35,705 nucleotides of DNA. Source: a virus. The DNA is taken from IMG/VR virus record IMGVR_UViG_3300045988_017993; one strand, 5' to 3'. Below the pieces are notes generated by a model. The model did no database searches. It saw nothing but the letters and a program-made list of their open reading frames with translations, and was not told the DNA's origin. Positions within the stretch are counted from its first letter, which is position 1. Each line of letters begins with the position of its first letter. The position numbers and the translations under genes are program-made. This document shows positions 32,752 to 35,705 of this stretch, piece by piece.

Positions 32752-34286
32752 TGGCCGTGTTTCAATTTAACGGATATGATTTGAATGATTACTTCAAACT
32801 AATCAAAGTGTCGCACGATGTTGGGAACGAACGTGATATCACTACAGACTCAGCCCCTAAAATGGGGGTTAATATTCAACGTGTTTCGTTTGGCGCTAAG
32901 AAAATCAAGCTAACTGTCAGCTTAGCGACTAGAGAACTTAACGATAATGCTTTCGTAGACCCAAACGAACCAGCTCCAATTGATTACAACATGTTTCATC
33001 ACGTAAGGGAACAAGCGGCTAGAGTGCTACACTCTGATAAACCGGTAGAATTGAAATTACCTGATGAGCCAGATAGGTACTATTTAGCGATAGTGACAGG
33101 AGAAGCTAGTTTGAAAGGTATCTCTGACTGGTATGACCAGGCTGAAATTGAATTCTTAGTACCTGACGGTGTTGCACATTCAACCACTTACCGAGGTTTC
33201 GAAAACCCCAAATCGGTAAATGAAAAGCTAGTATTTGACCTTGTTAATGACGGGTCAGTTGAAGCTCATCCAATAATTACAGTGAAGCACAATAGTGAGA
33301 ATGGCTATATTGGATTAGTTAATAGCACAGGTGTCTGTGAGCTTGGGAACAGGTTAGAAGCAAATACAGAAGATTATAGACATTCAGAGGTACTTTTTGA
33401 TTACGCTTCGTCAAACGGGGAGCACAGAATCCCTAACGGTTTATCTCAAGGATTGAAAAACATTGGCATCTCGAACGATGTCAACGACACCAAGCCAAAC
33501 GGCACTCTTTACATTGATAATGCTTGGGGACGACCTCACATTGCTTTGCAGAGCGGTCAAGTATCATCGGTTACTTTTGACATACCAATGGATTCTAGCG
33601 GTGAAAAAGGTGCGCTATATGAATACTTTTGGTGGAGGCAAATTTTCTGGCTTGGTTCTGCGAATCAGATGGGCTATCTGAAAATTTGCGTCACAGATGC
33701 AAGCGGCACTTTCTTGTATGGTGTCGAAACTTTTAAACGTTACAATGGTTTAGGCTGTGAATATAATTTTCTAGCTGCTGACGGCAAGGGAGGTTTCCGT
33801 ATTGTCGACAAGAAGAATTTTTTAGGCACACACATCGATCAGCACAACCCATTTAATGAATCAAGGGGTTGGTCAGATATAATGAGGTTTGATGATGTCG
33901 TCCAATTTTATTGGTGGGGGTCATACCCAAGATATTCTATCCCCGAAATCAAGGGGAAAAGATCAGATAAAATCCATGTTATTTTTGGAAGGATTGGCAA
34001 TTATCCACCTGTTACCCACATGTATCTCGATGATTTTATTTATCGAAAAGACTACGTCTTAGGTGTCAGGGATATTCCTAATAGATACCGTGCTGGTGGG
34101 AAAGTGGTAATAGATAGTGAAACTGATACCGTCACTGTAGATAATATTCCAAAGATTGTCGATGTTGTGCAAGGCTCTGACTTCCTCACGATTCCTCCTG
34201 GTAAGTCGCAGCTAGAAGTCTACTGTTCAAGCTGGGTAACAACTAAACCATCCGTATATGTTCAATTTGAGGAGAGATATATATAA
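32751..34286 (+). CDS. Distal tail protein (Dit), extended form (511 aa)
   Basis: Position after the tape measure gene with an ATAATG overlap. The N-terminus MAVFQFNGYDLNDYF is typical of siphophage Dit proteins. Confidence 0.75.
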   Translation: MAVFQFNGYDLNDYFKLIKVSHDVGNERDITTDSAPKMGVNIQRVSFGAKKIKLTVSLATRELNDNAFVDPNEPAPIDYNMFHHVREQAARVLHSDKPVELKLPDEPDRYYLAIVTGEASLKGISDWYDQAEIEFLVPDGVAHSTTYRGFENPKSVNEKLVFDLVNDGSVEAHPIITVKHNSENGYIGLVNSTGVCELGNRLEANTEDYRHSEVLFDYASSNGEHRIPNGLSQGLKNIGISNDVNDTKPNGTLYIDNAWGRPHIALQSGQVSSVTFDIPMDSSGEKGALYEYFWWRQIFWLGSANQMGYLKICVTDASGTFLYGVETFKRYNGLGCEYNFLAADGKGGFRIVDKKNFLGTHIDQHNPFNESRGWSDIMRFDDVVQFYWWGSYPRYSIPEIKGKRSDKIHVIFGRIGNYPPVTHMYLDDFIYRKDYVLGVRDIPNRYRAGGKVVIDSETDTVTVDNIPKIVDVVQGSDFLTIPPGKSQLEVYCSSWVTTKPSVYVQFEERYI

Positions 34287-35705
34287 TGTTGCTAACAATT
34301 CACGACGCTAATTTGCAGAAGATTGGCTTCATCGATAACGAGAAGCAAGAAACGTTAAATTTCTATAATGATACTTGGACCCGAAACCTTGGAACAGCAT
34401 CAAGCACGTTCGAGTTTACTGTTTCTAAAAAACAGCTACTTAGCGATACAGCGAATAAGCCGCTTTACAACCAACTAAACGAGCGCTCTTTCGTTTCCTT
34501 TAAACACAAAGGTCAGACGTATCTTTTTAATATCATGAAAGTGGAAGAGAATGAGCGATGGATACGTTGCTATTGTGAGAACTTAAACCTTGAGCTGATA
34601 AACGAGTACACGAACCCTTACAAGGCTGATAGACCTTTGTCATTTGCGGAGTATCTTGATGTTTTTGAAATTCCTCAGTTTGCGATGGTTAAAATAGGCG
34701 TTAATGAGATCTCTGATCAGAAGAGAACGCTCGAGTGGGAAGGGCAGGACACAAAACTGGCAAGGCTCTTAAGCTTGGCCAATAAATTTGACGCTGAAGT
34801 TGAATTTGTGACTCAACTTAACGATGACAGTTCAATTAAGCAACTCGTTTTGAACGTTTACCATAAAGCGGACGACTCGCACACTGGTGTGGGTCGAATT
34901 CGCGGTGACATTCGTCTGACTTTTGAAAAGAATATCAAATCAATGACGAGAAAGATTGATAAGACTGAAGTTTATACGTTGGTAGTTCCTTATGGAAAAT
35001 CAAAAGAGAGTCATGAAGGCGAGCAAGAAGTACGTGTATACATTGACAACCTCCCACCTTGGGAGGAAAAGGACGACAATGGTATCGTTATTTTCAAACA
35101 AGAGGGCGTAAACCTCTACGCACCTCATGCAGCGGACTTATACCCGTCTACTTTTGGCGTATCAACTCAATCTAATAAATGGATTCGAAAAGACTTAGAG
35201 GTTGATAGCGATAATCCAAATGTCATCCGTGCTGCAGGAATTGCAAATTTGCGTAAACACGCATATCCAGCTATCACTTACGAGGTTGACGGTTTTATTG
35301 ATGTCGAAATTGGGGATACGATAACAATCCACGACAAAGGATTCACACCAGCGCTTGACGTGAGAGCGCGTGCCGTTGAGCAAAAAATTAGCTTCAGCAA
35401 TCCAACCAACAATAAGACCACTTTCGGAAACTTCAAAGAGCTTGAAAATAGGACATCTGGAGACCTTAGGAGCGTTTTCGAGCAAATGGTTGAGAACATT
35501 CGACCATACAATATCCTAGTCTCAACTGATAACGGTGTTTTGTTTAAAAACAATACAGGGCAGTCAACACTACGCCCAACATTAAAACGAGGGAATCAGG
35601 TTATTAATGCAACCTATCGATTTGTGATCGATGGCTCTATTGTTAGCTCTGGTCTGACCTATACCGTCAAAGCAAGCGATATCACAAAACCAACTGTGGT
35701 AACAA
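34286..35705 (+). CDS. Tail-associated lysin / antireceptor, N-terminal part. It is open to the window end and continues at 51..1264 of the circle. Missing from the ORF track.
   Basis: ATG overlaps the Dit stop (TAATG). There is no stop through 35705. MLLTIHDANLQKIGFIDNEKQ is a prophage-tail endopeptidase-type N-terminus. Confidence 0.85.
   Translation, partial: MLLTIHDANLQKIGFIDNEKQETLNFYNDTWTRNLGTASSTFEFTVSKKQLLSDTANKPLYNQLNERSFVSFKHKGQTYLFNIMKVEENERWIRCYCENLNLELINEYTNPYKADRPLSFAEYLDVFEIPQFAMVKIGVNEISDQKRTLEWEGQDTKLARLLSLANKFDAEVEFVTQLNDDSSIKQLVLNVYHKADDSHTGVGRIRGDIRLTFEKNIKSMTRKIDKTEVYTLVVPYGKSKESHEGEQEVRVYIDNLPPWEEKDDNGIVIFKQEGVNLYAPHAADLYPSTFGVSTQSNKWIRKDLEVDSDNPNVIRAAGIANLRKHAYPAITYEVDGFIDVEIGDTITIHDKGFTPALDVRARAVEQKISFSNPTNNKTTFGNFKELENRTSGDLRSVFEQMVENIRPYNILVSTDNGVLFKNNTGQSTLRPTLKRGNQVINATYRFVIDGSIVSSGLTYTVKASDITKPTVVT
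35656..35705. repeat. 50-nt exact duplicate of positions 1..50 (circular closure overlap)
   Basis: Both copies read gacctataccgtcaaagcaagcgatatcacaaaaccaactgtggtaacaa. Confidence 0.95.

Overview
The window is a complete, circularly closed dsDNA siphophage genome. Positions 1..50 are identical to 35656..35705, so the unit length is 35,655 bp. All credible genes are on the + strand.

Gene order and protein signatures match a virulent pac-type Streptococcus thermophilus phage (Sfi11/2972-like, Brussowvirus). The signatures include an Amidase_5-type lysin, a phi-LC3-type holin, a tail antireceptor with collagen-like repeats, an AAA-ATPase/helicase/PrimPol/P4-primase replication module followed by a non-coding ori, and an ArpU-type late regulator. 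This assignment is from my memory of the families, not from a search.

Modules in order:
- Tail tip and lysis genes: 1..5313
- A lysogeny-replacement accessory island with no integrase or CI: 5314..8524
- Replication and early genes: 8776..16870
- Late regulator: 17300..17716
- Packaging, head and tail genes: 17855..35705, wrapping to 1264

Most interesting observations:
1. A consensus-promoter operon directly downstream of the lysin gene encodes a 183-aa protein I recognise as AcrIIA6-like (an anti-CRISPR against St1Cas9), plus an uncharacterised membrane protein.
2. That operon is flanked by several ORF-less promoter-to-terminator mini-units. Two of them share a 25-nt box (23/25 identical). 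These are candidate phage small RNAs.
3. Two tandem hairpins at 16862..16993 are near-perfect tRNA acceptor/T-arm minihelices with a GGTTCGAATCC T-loop, but there is no D arm or anticodon arm.
4. The large terminase gene is split by a roughly 1.04-kb group I intron that carries a GIY-YIG homing endonuclease.
5. terS appears to start at a non-canonical ATT codon behind a perfect Shine-Dalgarno sequence, and it sits directly after a promoter-proximal intrinsic terminator.
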